NCBI GenBank assembly: GCA_030533005.1
Contig: JAUNJX010000007.1
Location: forward strand, 1,166-65,165
Source: Clostridia bacterium
GTDB taxonomy: Bacteria; Bacillota; Clostridia; Christensenellales; CAG-138
Direction of reading: 5' to 3'
Length of the DNA: 64,000 bases
Shown: positions 39,122 to 48,489 of the stretch, piece after piece
How positions within the stretch are numbered: position 1 is the stretch's first letter
Layout of the letters: the number at the start of each line of letters is the position of its first letter
Notes under the pieces: model-generated
Database searches by the model: none
What the model was told of the DNA's origin: nothing
What the model saw: only the letters and a program-made list of their open reading frames with translations
Position numbers and translations under genes: made by a program

Positions 39122-40033
39122 TTACGCTTTGTGCTGCGCCACGGCGATCGCCAGAGCAATGGAATTGAGCTTGGTCTCGTCGCTGTCCGCACGCGAGGTC
39201 ACGACCACGGGAGCCTTTGCGCCCACGATCATGCCCGCGTTGTGCGCTTTTGCCATATAGGTGAGGGATTTATAGAAAATGTTGCCCGCCTCGATAAAGG
39301 GAACGAGCAGGATATCCGCCTTGCCCGCGTTGGGATCGCTGATGCCCTTATGCTTGGCCGCCTCCTCGCTGATGGCGTTATCCAGCGCCAGCGGGCCGCA
39401 AACGGTGCAGCCGGTGATCTCGCCGCGCTGGTTGCGCGCCACAAGCTCCGCCGCATCCAGGGTCGCCTGCATCTTGGGATTGACCTTCTCCACAGCGCAC
39501 AGGCAGGTCACGACGGGGTTGTCGTTTCCCAGCGCGTGCGCCACCTTCACGGCGTTGCCGATGATGTGCGCCTTTTGCTCGACATCGGGCGCGATGCACA
39601 TGGCGGAATCCGTAACGTAAAGGAGGCGATCAAACCCCTCTACGCTAAAAACGGCCACATGCGACAGCACGGGCGCGTCCCTAAGGCCGATCTCCTTGTC
39701 CAATACGGCCTTCAATATAATGGAGGTATCCACGATACCCTTCATCACCACATCCGCTTCCCCGTCGTGCACGAGCTTGACGGCCTTGCGGCACGCTTCC
39801 ACCTTGTCAGGCTCATCCAGTATCGTCATGCCGGTAAGCGGCACGTCGATGGCCTTTGCAATGCTGCGTATCTCCGCTTCGTCGCCCACGAGGGTGGCGT
39901 TGACGATGCCCAGCTTGCAAGCCTCGTTCACGGCAAGAAGCACTTCCTCATCCTGCGCCACGGCCACGGAAATACGCCTGTTTGCGCCCTTGACGCTCTC
40001 GATCAATTCATCAAAAGAATGAAGCATTTCCAA
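39122..40033 (-). CDS. ptb: Phosphate butyryltransferase
   Basis: VMKGIVDT, LSHVAVF, AVEKVNPKM, GPLALDNAIS, TSRADS. Confidence 0.93.
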   Translation of the reverse strand: MEMLHSFDELIESVKGANRRISVAVAQDEEVLLAVNEACKLGIVNATLVGDEAEIRSIAKAIDVPLTGMTILDEPDKVEACRKAVKLVHDGEADVVMKGIVDTSIILKAVLDKEIGLRDAPVLSHVAVFSVEGFDRLLYVTDSAMCIAPDVEQKAHIIGNAVKVAHALGNDNPVVTCLCAVEKVNPKMQATLDAAELVARNQRGEITGCTVCGPLALDNAISEEAAKHKGISDPNAGKADILLVPFIEAGNIFYKSLTYMAKAHNAGMIVGAKAPVVVTSRADSDETKLNSIALAIAVAQHKA

Positions 40034-40116
40034 ATTTCTCCTCTGTCCTTTGTTGGTTGTATTCTGTTATTCACGGTTCTGAATATTGTGCGCTGAAAAA
40101 ATATGCTTGCCACAAC

Positions 40117-40147
40117 TTGTCTGACGTTGTATCATATTGTATGACAA
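40117..40147. promoter_or_regulatory. Putative FadR/GntR operator pair
   Basis: TTGTCTGACGT (40117) and palindromic TTGTATGACAA (40137), 20 bp apart, just downstream of a minus-strand TTGACA (40173-40178)...TAATCT promoter for ptb. Confidence 0.55.
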
Positions 40148-40243
40148 CAGATTACACCATATGCACGTCCTTTGTCAATGTTCGGGGAGACAAAAACGAT
40201 CAAATTGCGCGAAAATCCCGCAATATATTTATAGGAGTTTATT

Positions 40244-40924
40244 ATGGCCGCAAAAAGCTTATCAGAGCGCACCGCCGACGCGCTCTACGACATGATCATG
40301 ACGGAAAAAGCCTTTCTTCCCGGCGATAAGCTCCCCAACGAAAACGAGCTTTCCGACCGTCTTGGCGTAAGCCGCGCCACGCTGCGCGAAGCCATACGTT
40401 CCCTTGTGGCGCAGGGCATTTTGCGGGTGCATCGCGGCAAGGGCACCTTCATCACGGACAACGTGTATGAAAGCGCCTTCGGCTTTGACCAGCTCGACCG
40501 GGCACGGGTGCGCTTGAAGGATCTATACGAAATGCGCCTTATATTCGAGCCGCAGTGCATTGCATTCGCCTGTGTGCGCGCTTCCGACGAGGAGATCGAG
40601 CACATATGCCGGCAGGGCAACAAGGTAATACGGGAAATAGAGACGCAGGACGCGAATTGGCCGGAAAGCGACCAGCGTTTCCACATGCTTATCAGCAAGG
40701 CCTCCCATAACGAATTCATCATCCAGCTTTTCCCCATCATCAATTCCGCCGTGCACGAGACCATGGAGATCGCCAACAACCAGAAGGTGCTGGAGGATTT
40801 AACCATCTCGGATAACCGGCTTATCATGGAATTTCTGACACGGCGGGACGCGAAGGGCGCAAGCTGTGCCTTGAACCTGCACATGCGCCATACCATTAAC
40901 GCCTTGGGCTTAGACAAAAACTGA
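40244..40924 (+). CDS. FadR/GntR family transcriptional regulator
   Basis: PGDKLPNENELSDRLGVSRATLREAIRSL...GKGTF; FCD-like C-terminus. Confidence 0.93.
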   Translation: MAAKSLSERTADALYDMIMTEKAFLPGDKLPNENELSDRLGVSRATLREAIRSLVAQGILRVHRGKGTFITDNVYESAFGFDQLDRARVRLKDLYEMRLIFEPQCIAFACVRASDEEIEHICRQGNKVIREIETQDANWPESDQRFHMLISKASHNEFIIQLFPIINSAVHETMEIANNQKVLEDLTISDNRLIMEFLTRRDAKGASCALNLHMRHTINALGLDKN

Positions 40925-40939
40925 CATTGCGGGCATAGA

Positions 40940-40971
40940 AAAGGCGTACGGAGGGATTCCGTACGCCTTTT
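40940..40971. terminator. Bidirectional terminator, left copy of a 32-bp direct repeat
   Basis: AAAGGCGTACGGAGGGATTCCGTACGCCTTTT. Confidence 0.85.
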
Positions 40972-41171
40972 AGCTTATCGACAAAGGTCATTCGACCTTT
41001 GTCGATGGTTACAATTTGCAACTGTTCGCTACTCTCACGGTCGTTGCAAATTGCAGAGAAACCCTTGCTGCGCAAGGCCTTCCGCCCTCACCGCACATGT
41101 CGCTTCGGGCGGTTGAAAGTCAAGGGGTTTCGACCCCTTAACAATCCCTAAGGGGGTTTGTCGATGGTCTG
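40971..41171 (+). mobile_element. Putative MITE (~200 bp) carrying five-hairpin element copy A
   Basis: Imperfect inverted ends TAGCTTATCGACAAA / TTTGTCGATGGTCTG; flanked by identical 32-bp repeats; interior homologous to 49569-49738. Confidence 0.7.
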
Positions 41172-41203
41172 AAAGGCGTACGGAGGGATTCCGTACGCCT
41201 TTT
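41172..41203. terminator. Bidirectional terminator, right copy of the 32-bp direct repeat
   Basis: Identical to 40940-40971. Confidence 0.85.
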
Positions 41204-41214
41204 CTGTTCAAGCA

Positions 41215-42831
41215 TTATCTGTCTTTTCGCCGTTTCAGCACGGGGATCGCGCCCGCAAGCACAAGCAGCACCATGCCGCATGCCGCGCCGCCCGTAGAGG
41301 GCACGCCCGCAACGGGCGTTTTGCCAAGCTTTTCTTCCTTCAGCCTTTTCGCTTCCGCTTCGCGTTCCCGCCACGCCGCAAGGTCAAAATCCGTAAAGCC
41401 GCTGTTGATCGCGCGGCTCGTGCCGCTTCCGCCGCCCGATCCTCCACGCTGCACGATCATGAAGGGGCTGCACGCCGTTATGGTCATCTCTAAGCCCGTG
41501 CCGTCCGCCGCTACGCGCATGTCCTCATAGACGATGCTGCCGTTCTGCAATTTATGCGCCGCCTTGTAGACTGCACCGCTCACTACGGCATAGGGTATTT
41601 TGACCGTCTCCGCCTTGGGCAAGGTATAGATGATACCCCGCGCCGGGTCGTTCGCGTCGCTGCGCGCGCCCGACCATGCCTGCAGCTCGAATTTTTCGCC
41701 AAACGCGCTGTAGCCAGCGGCGGCAGCCGCACGTTCAAGCTCTGCGCCATCGGCGGCGTTAAGCAAGGGACGCTTCACGATGGTGACCTTGTCCGCGTCC
41801 GCCACAGCATCGCCGTTGGGGTCATGATTGCCGCCCGCGTCCCATGTAAGGTCGGAATAGGATATTAAGCCCACCGCGCCGTCGCCGTCGATATGTCCGA
41901 CCAATTCGTCTGTCAGCATGCTCTGCTCCGTTGCGACGATCAAGCCCTCGTTATGGATCGCGCCGTTGGGGCCGATCTCAAGGGCTGCACTTTTGCCGGG
42001 CGATGCAAATAAATTCAGATACCCGCCGCGCGTGATCACCAGCGTCCCCTCGATACGAAGCGTCGTGTTGCCAAGGCTCCATATCATCCTGTCGGGTATG
42101 ATAAGGCGCGCGCCCGCAGGCACCGTCAGCACGTTGCCGCCACCGTAATTCGCCGCCTCGTAGATCATTTTATGCCCCAGCTTGCCGGGTACGCTGGTGA
42201 ATATGGCGTAGTATTCGTTGCCGGCGCTCGCGTAACGCTGCATCAAATCAAAGGCGGGCTTGACATACTGCGGCATCATGATGGAAAACGGCCACTCCCT
42301 GTTGCCGATGGTCACCGGGTCACCGTCATAATTCACCGCATTGCCGCGCCTGTTTTGTATCGTCACGGGTATCACCGCCTGCTTGCCCATTTGATCCGTG
42401 ATGGTCACGTTCGCCGTACCCGCACCCATGGCAATCAGCACCACATGCGGATATTCAAAGCCTATCCAATCCACATGCACGACGTTTTCGTTGCTGGAGG
42501 TTATGGCCGTGGGGCGCACGCGCGCCGCCGTCGTTGACGGATCATAATCCGGCATGGGCCAGCCCTGTCCCGCGCTGTCCAGGAAACCGCCAGAGGACAC
42601 CGGGGTCGCGCCGCTTGAATCGATGGTGAAATGCGGCAGCACGCGCAACGCAGCGCCATAGCCGTTAGAAAACGAAGCCACTGGCAATCTGCTTGCCTGC
42701 CCGTTTGCCGGGTGCGTATCGCCGCCAAGCGGCCAAAGCTCGTGCAGCACCAGCGTGCCTGCAGCGCTCGCGCTCACGGCGACGCCAAGGACGAGAACGA
42801 CCGCCAGGCAAAGCGAAAATATCCTGCGCAT
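41215..42831 (-). CDS. Secreted, probably sortase-anchored surface protein with an Ig-like segment
   Basis: Signal peptide MRRIFSLCLAVVLVLGVAVSASA; SSNENVV...GAGTANVTIT (Big_2-like); C-terminal VPSTG + hydrophobic stretch + KRRKDR. Confidence 0.75.
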   Translation of the reverse strand: MRRIFSLCLAVVLVLGVAVSASAAGTLVLHELWPLGGDTHPANGQASRLPVASFSNGYGAALRVLPHFTIDSSGATPVSSGGFLDSAGQGWPMPDYDPSTTAARVRPTAITSSNENVVHVDWIGFEYPHVVLIAMGAGTANVTITDQMGKQAVIPVTIQNRRGNAVNYDGDPVTIGNREWPFSIMMPQYVKPAFDLMQRYASAGNEYYAIFTSVPGKLGHKMIYEAANYGGGNVLTVPAGARLIIPDRMIWSLGNTTLRIEGTLVITRGGYLNLFASPGKSAALEIGPNGAIHNEGLIVATEQSMLTDELVGHIDGDGAVGLISYSDLTWDAGGNHDPNGDAVADADKVTIVKRPLLNAADGAELERAAAAAGYSAFGEKFELQAWSGARSDANDPARGIIYTLPKAETVKIPYAVVSGAVYKAAHKLQNGSIVYEDMRVAADGTGLEMTITACSPFMIVQRGGSGGGSGTSRAINSGFTDFDLAAWREREAEAKRLKEEKLGKTPVAGVPSTGGAACGMVLLVLAGAIPVLKRRKDR

Positions 42832-42904
42832 AAGAAAAGCCCCCCTATGTATCCATATGGGGGCAGTATAGCAAATCGCAGCCTGACTTTGGTATGCAGG
42901 CTGC

Positions 42905-44287
42905 TTACCGCAACCCGTTTTCGTAGGCTTTTGCGGCATTCGCCATAATGACGGCAAGCTCGCCCATGGTGTAATGATCGTGCTTTCCTACGCCGTCAAA
43001 GATCCCGTTTTCCGCAACGAAGGGCTCCGCGACGCGGATACCCGGATATTCGCCCGTATCCTCCTTGCCCATCAGCGATTCCCAGTCCCCCACACGCGCC
43101 GGCCAGAAGAATTTCACCACGCAATAGGTAAGGATGCGCTTATCCACGCGGTCGTCATCCTCCATGATCCAAGGAAAGAAGCTGTGATCCGATTCATGCG
43201 GATAGCGCGGCTCCGGCTCGGGCAGGTTCTGCATATAGACGCCATCCAGCCCAAACACCCGCACACCCATGTCGCGGATGGTTCCGTTTGTGACATAGCC
43301 CGCCTCCTCGCCGTCAGCCGTAAAGAAATCCGTGCCGAATTTTTCATTGAGATACGCAACGGATTCTTCTATCAAGGCAGGGTCGGCGTCCGTTACCCAC
43401 ATGGCGTCGTCCACGCCGAACACATGGGCGGGCTTTTTGCTCTCCCCGATGCGTATGCCGATAAGCAGCGCCGCAGTCAGGCTCAACAGCGCCGCAGACG
43501 CAATGACAAGGCCGCGCAGCAGCCTTCTTTGCGGACGAAGCTGCAAAAGCGCGCGCTGGAAGGCGGCGGCGCTCGCATAGCGATCCTTGGGCGCAAAGGC
43601 GGTGCTTCTTCGCACGACCTCCGCCACCTCTTTTTTCCGTATCCGCGCATACGCGTCCGGCAGCGTGATCTCCCCCGTGAGCATATACAGCAACACCATG
43701 CCCAACGCGTATACATCCGTACGCGCGTCCGTCTGCGCATAGCCGTACTGCTCCGGCGGGCAAAACGCCGCGGTGCCAAGGGCCTGCGTGTCGCGCCTGC
43801 TGTCGGGATCGTATTCTCTTGCAATGCCAAAGTCGATCAGATACGGACGCTCGTCCATCCCAATGATGATGTTCTGCGGCTTCACATCTCTATGGATCAC
43901 GGGCGGCTGCTGCGCATGCAGATACGAAAGCGTATCGCAAAGCGATATGGCGATAGACAGCGCCTGCTTTTCGCCCGGATGCCTTTCCTCCCTATAGCGA
44001 TCAAGCGGGCAGCCCTCGATATAATCCCGCACAAGGTAACAGCATGTCCCGTCCGTATAGGTATCGCGCCATTTGGGAATAAGCGGATATGCCAGGCGCG
44101 ATAAAATTCCCCCCTCCTCGGCTTGCGCGGCGTCCTTGGCAAAGCATTTCACGATGCAGCTTTGGCCGCTTTCGCGCGCCCTTGCCAGTATGGTTTCCGC
44201 GCCGTCCTCTTTTTTTGAGAGCAGCTCCAACAGCTCATATTTTTCCAGCAGGGCAGAAGGATACGTCCCTGTAAAATCCATCGTCAT
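42905..44287 (-). CDS. Membrane Hanks-type Ser/Thr protein kinase
   Basis: HRDVKPQNII, DFGIAR, GTAAFCPPEQY, DVYALG; one TM helix (LVIASAALLSLTAALLIGI); C-terminal extracytoplasmic domain. Confidence 0.9.
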   Translation of the reverse strand: MTMDFTGTYPSALLEKYELLELLSKKEDGAETILARARESGQSCIVKCFAKDAAQAEEGGILSRLAYPLIPKWRDTYTDGTCCYLVRDYIEGCPLDRYREERHPGEKQALSIAISLCDTLSYLHAQQPPVIHRDVKPQNIIIGMDERPYLIDFGIAREYDPDSRRDTQALGTAAFCPPEQYGYAQTDARTDVYALGMVLLYMLTGEITLPDAYARIRKKEVAEVVRRSTAFAPKDRYASAAAFQRALLQLRPQRRLLRGLVIASAALLSLTAALLIGIRIGESKKPAHVFGVDDAMWVTDADPALIEESVAYLNEKFGTDFFTADGEEAGYVTNGTIRDMGVRVFGLDGVYMQNLPEPEPRYPHESDHSFFPWIMEDDDRVDKRILTYCVVKFFWPARVGDWESLMGKEDTGEYPGIRVAEPFVAENGIFDGVGKHDHYTMGELAVIMANAAKAYENGLR

Positions 44288-44727
44288 TCTTTTCTCTCTC
44301 CCAGAAGCGTCGCGCCTCTTTCATGAAGCAGCTCCTGCGTTTGGAAAATGTCATAGTGGTTGCTGATCGCAAAAAGCAGCGCCGCGTCCCGCTCTATACG
44401 CGGATACAGCGCGGGCTTTTGCGCGGACGAAAGCATATGCTGGCTCTCCTCCACGTCCAGCCCCAGCCCTATGCAAAGCTGCACGACCTTATCGCGGCCC
44501 GGCGCGCGCACGCCAGAAAGAAGCTGATAGCCATATACGCGTTCGACGCCGCTTTTGGCGATCAGCTGTTCCTTGGTCATGCCGGTTCTTTGCAGATGCG
44601 CCGCCACCCGCTCCTGAAAGGACGCGACATGCAGCGCATCCCGATTTTCCCTTACAAAGCATGAAAAATCGCGGGACGCGAAGATGCGGTTGAGCAGCGC
44701 CCCGGTGGTAAGCCGTTTTTGTTCCAT
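44284..44727 (-). CDS. XRE-like HTH protein
   Basis: GMTKEQLIAKSGVERVYGYQLLSGVRAPGRDKVVQLCIGL; RBS AGGGAG before ATG at 44727; stop overlaps the kinase ATG. Confidence 0.8.
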   Translation of the reverse strand: MEQKRLTTGALLNRIFASRDFSCFVRENRDALHVASFQERVAAHLQRTGMTKEQLIAKSGVERVYGYQLLSGVRAPGRDKVVQLCIGLGLDVEESQHMLSSAQKPALYPRIERDAALLFAISNHYDIFQTQELLHERGATLLGERKE

Positions 44728-44744
44728 GGCGATCTCCCTGTGCG

Positions 44745-46070
44745 TCAATATTCCTCGCGCCCGGTCGCGTTGGTGAATTTGGCGACGTTATCGATCCACG
44801 CAAGATGCACCGTGCCTGTGGGGCCGTTTCGGTGCTTGGCGACGATCAGCTCCGTATCGTTATCGTCGCTTTCGCCATAGACGGCGGGGCGGTAGAGCAT
44901 CATAATGATATCCGCGTCCTGCTCGATGGCGCCGGATTCACGCAGATCCGCCATCATGGGGCGGTGATCCTTACGCGCCTCGGGGCCGCGGGAAAGCTGG
45001 GAAAGCAATATAATGGGGATATTCAGCTCGCGCGCCATGATCTTGAGGGAGCGCGTGATCTCGGATATCTCGAGCACACGGTTGTCCGATTTGCCGGAAG
45101 TCTGCATCAGCTGCAAATAGTCGATGATGATAAGATCCAGCCCCTCGCGGGACTGCAAGCGCCTGCACTTGCTGCGAATGCCCGCAACGCCTGCCGCCGC
45201 GTTGTCGTCGATATAGATGTTGCAGCCCGAAAGTGAGGGCAGCGCGTCCGCGATGCGCAGCAGCTCATCGTCCTCCACGCTGCCGCTGTTGACGTGCTGC
45301 ATGTCTACAGCCGCCTCGGCGCAGAGCATGCGCTTGACGAGCTGCTCGGCGGACATTTCCAGGCTGAATATGCATACCGTGGCGCCCTTGAGCGCCGCGT
45401 TTTGCGCCAAATTCAGCGCGAACGCCGTTTTGCCCATGGAGGGGCGTCCCGCGATGATGATGAGGTCGCTTTTTTGCAGGCCGCTTGTCATGGCGTCCAA
45501 GTCCGTAAAGCCCGTGGGCACGCCCACAAGGCTACCCTTATGCTTGATCAGCTCGCCTATGTGATCATAGCTTTCGATCAGGGTATCGCTGATGTGCACC
45601 AGCGTATCCTGCTTTTTGCCCATGGAGATGTTGTAAACGGCGCGCTCCGCGTCGTCGAGCATCTGTTCAAGCGGCTTTGCGCCCTCCATCGCGTCATGGA
45701 CGATGCCGCCGCCCGCTTCCGCAAGCCGCCGCATGATGGAGCGTTCCTCCACGATCTCGATATACTTTTCCACGTTGGCAGCCGTGGGCGTTACCATGGA
45801 AAGCTCCGCAAGGTACGCCAAATTGCCAGCCATCGTGAGCTTTCCGTCGCGCTGGAGCATCTCGGCGAGCGTCACCACATCCACGATGCTGCCCTTTGCC
45901 GCGACCTTTGCCATGGCGTCAAAAATGACCTGATGGCGCGGCTGGAAAAAGTCGCTGACGACCAGGCGCTCCAGCGCCGTCTCCACAGCGCTTTGCGCCA
46001 GAATCATGCTGCCCAGCACCGCGCGTTCGGCCTCCTCGTTGCGGGGCATGGTGTTTGTGCCTGTGAGCAT
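44745..46070 (-). CDS. dnaB: Replicative DNA helicase
   Basis: EAERAVLG, GRPSMGKT, FSLEM, IDYLQLM, LSQLSR, DLRESGAIEQDAD, KHRNGPTG. Confidence 0.97.
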   Translation of the reverse strand: MLTGTNTMPRNEEAERAVLGSMILAQSAVETALERLVVSDFFQPRHQVIFDAMAKVAAKGSIVDVVTLAEMLQRDGKLTMAGNLAYLAELSMVTPTAANVEKYIEIVEERSIMRRLAEAGGGIVHDAMEGAKPLEQMLDDAERAVYNISMGKKQDTLVHISDTLIESYDHIGELIKHKGSLVGVPTGFTDLDAMTSGLQKSDLIIIAGRPSMGKTAFALNLAQNAALKGATVCIFSLEMSAEQLVKRMLCAEAAVDMQHVNSGSVEDDELLRIADALPSLSGCNIYIDDNAAAGVAGIRSKCRRLQSREGLDLIIIDYLQLMQTSGKSDNRVLEISEITRSLKIMARELNIPIILLSQLSRGPEARKDHRPMMADLRESGAIEQDADIIMMLYRPAVYGESDDNDTELIVAKHRNGPTGTVHLAWIDNVAKFTNATGREEY

Positions 46071-46074
46071 GGGA

Positions 46075-46524
46075 TTACTCCTTTATCGGCAGTACCTCTA
46101 CCTTGAATTTGCTGTCGGTCTTTTCGTATAGATGCGCCGTCACGTCCGTAATGCCAAGGGTCTTGATGGGCTCGTCAAGGCGTATCTTTTTCTTATCCAC
46201 CTCGATATCGTACTGCTCCTTTAGCGCCTGCGCGATCTCCGCAACGCCTATGGAGCCGAACAAGCGCCCCTGCCCGGCCTTTGCATAGACCTTCACGGTC
46301 AGGCCGCTCATCTCGTTGGCAAGCGCCTTGGCGTTTTTGCGCTGCACCTCCAGCCTGTGCTGATCCGCGCCTTTTTTGAGGGTGGCCGCGTGCATGTTAT
46401 TGGCGTCCGCCATGACCGCAAGACCCTGCGGGATGAGGAAATTGCGGGCATAGCCGTCGTTGACGTTGACGATCTCGCCGTTTTTGCCCTTGCCCTTTAC
46501 ATCCGCCGTTAATAGTACCTTCAT
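46075..46524 (-). CDS. rplI: 50S ribosomal protein L9
   Basis: [13 protein letters not shown]...[15 protein letters not shown]. Confidence 0.97.
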   Translation of the reverse strand: MKVLLTADVKGKGKNGEIVNVNDGYARNFLIPQGLAVMADANNMHAATLKKGADQHRLEVQRKNAKALANEMSGLTVKVYAKAGQGRLFGSIGVAEIAQALKEQYDIEVDKKKIRLDEPIKTLGITDVTAHLYEKTDSKFKVEVLPIKE

Positions 46525-48473
46525 TTGATATCCGCCTCCTGTAAATATGATTGTATGGCAGCCGTAAGCTGCTCTATCGCCTCATCGATGGTCACGTTTC
46601 TCAGCTGCGCGCCCGCTACCGTCATGTGTCCCCCGCCGCCAAGCTTCTCAAGTATCAGCTGCACGCTTATAACGCCCGTGCTGCGCCCGCTGATCATCAC
46701 CACGCCGTTGATGTTGGAGAGTACGAACGCCGCCGAAATATCCCGTATGGTGATCAGCTCATCCGCTGCCTGCGCAGCGATCAGCTGCGCGTCCGACATG
46801 CCGTCGGGGCAGGTGGAGATGGCAATGCCCTTTTCCATGATCAAGGCGGACTGCACCACGCGCGTGCGCTCCCGGTACACCGCCATATCGTCCTGAAACA
46901 TCATCTTGACCGCGCTGTTGTCCGCGCCGCTGCGCTTTAGGTAGCTCGCCGCCTCGAAGGTGCGCGCGCCCACGTTGAACACGAACCGCTTGGTGTCAAG
47001 CGTGATGCCTGTAAGCAGCGCACCGCACTCAAAGGTGGTGGGCTTTACGTTATCGTCAAAATACTGGATGACCTCGGTGACGATCTCGCAGACCGACGAC
47101 GCGCCCGCCTCCATATAGCTTAACGTCGGGTTCGCCAGCGCGTCCACGGGCCGCCTGTGATGATCGATGATGACGGTCTTGCCCGCCCGCTCGTAGAGCG
47201 ACTTATCCATGACCGTCGTGGAGCGCTGCGTATCCACCACCACCATCACCGCGTCCGGACGCATGATGGCATGCGCCTGCTCCGGCGTGAGGATGCGTTC
47301 ATGGTATATCTTATTGGCGCGCATGGTATCAAGCGCCGCGCGTATGGTGATATTGGGCGCATCCAGCACCATATAGGCAAATTTGCAGTTGACGTGGTTG
47401 GCACAGCGCATTACGCCAAGGGCTGCGCCCACGCAGTCCATATCCGAATTCTTGTGCCCCATCACAAACACCTGATCGGTATTCTCGATAAGCTGCCGCA
47501 GCGCGCGGGCAAAAAGGCGTATCTTGACCCGGCTGTAGCGCGTTGTCACCATCTTGTTACCGCCGTAGAACACGAAGTTGGAGCCTTTTTTTACGACCGC
47601 CTGATCGCCGCCGCGCCCCAGCGCCAGCTCCATGCTCTCCCGCGCCGCCTCGTCCGACGCGTTCATGCGCTCCGCAGCGCCTATGGCGATGGAAAGCGTG
47701 ACGGACTGGTTGGTGCCCGTGTCGATTCCGCGGACGCTGTCGAGCAGCGGAAAGCGTTTCTTTTCAAGCTCCGCCAAGCGTTTCGCCTCAAAGAGCACAT
47801 AGAACTTGGCGTTCTCATAGCGGCGATAGACGCCCTCAACGCCCTGCACAAACTCCTTGACCTGCTTTTCCACCTCCGTCAGCACGGAATTGCGGCGGAA
47901 CTGCTCGTTGGCGGCAAGATCCTCGTAGTTATCCACGCTGATGATGGCGACCGTAGGCATCTGTTCCTCATAAAGGCGGGAATAGTGCAGCGCCTCCGTA
48001 CGATCGATCCAGTATTGGAAGGTAAGGGGTCGCATCTTGGCGTTCCGGCGCTTGACATGCATGTTGGTCACGGTAAAGCTGCGGCCATTGCGCTCGGTAA
48101 TAAGCGTTTTTTGCGGTATGGGCAGCTCGATGTTAGGCAGCGTCTGCTTGATGTCCTTGCCCGCATACATCGCGCGCAGGGCTTTGTTTTCCCAAAGGAT
48201 GCGTCCGTTTGCATCAAATATGCAGGCGGGAATATCCACGCGGCTGATCACGCTGCCCGCAGCGGACTGGTTGTCGCGGAAAACATCATCGTAAAGCGCC
48301 TGCGCCTCCTTGCGATAGCGTATGCCCTGCCCCAGCGCGAGCAGCAGCAGCGCGATGACCGCAACAGCCGCAAGCAGGCCGTAAAGCGGCCGCACGTCCT
48401 TAGCAAGCGCCGCGCAGCCCAGCAGCGTCGTGCAGGCAAAAAGAACGGTTATAAAGATAGGCGGTTTTCGCAC
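46521..48473 (-). CDS. gdpP: c-di-AMP phosphodiesterase GdpP/YybT (TM, PAS-like, degenerate GGDEF, DHH/DHHA1)
   Basis: [31 protein letters not shown]; synteny with rplI and dnaB. Confidence 0.9.
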   Translation of the reverse strand: MRKPPIFITVLFACTTLLGCAALAKDVRPLYGLLAAVAVIALLLLALGQGIRYRKEAQALYDDVFRDNQSAAGSVISRVDIPACIFDANGRILWENKALRAMYAGKDIKQTLPNIELPIPQKTLITERNGRSFTVTNMHVKRRNAKMRPLTFQYWIDRTEALHYSRLYEEQMPTVAIISVDNYEDLAANEQFRRNSVLTEVEKQVKEFVQGVEGVYRRYENAKFYVLFEAKRLAELEKKRFPLLDSVRGIDTGTNQSVTLSIAIGAAERMNASDEAARESMELALGRGGDQAVVKKGSNFVFYGGNKMVTTRYSRVKIRLFARALRQLIENTDQVFVMGHKNSDMDCVGAALGVMRCANHVNCKFAYMVLDAPNITIRAALDTMRANKIYHERILTPEQAHAIMRPDAVMVVVDTQRSTTVMDKSLYERAGKTVIIDHHRRPVDALANPTLSYMEAGASSVCEIVTEVIQYFDDNVKPTTFECGALLTGITLDTKRFVFNVGARTFEAASYLKRSGADNSAVKMMFQDDMAVYRERTRVVQSALIMEKGIAISTCPDGMSDAQLIAAQAADELITIRDISAAFVLSNINGVVMISGRSTGVISVQLILEKLGGGGHMTVAGAQLRNVTIDEAIEQLTAAIQSYLQEADIK

Positions 48474-48489
48474 GTCGTTACTCCTTTAC

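Noticed and set aside
40940-41203. Two identical 32-bp palindromic repeats as a mini-CRISPR
   Set aside because: Only two units, the ~200-bp spacer is itself a repeat, there are no cas genes, and the unit is a typical A/T-flanked terminator.
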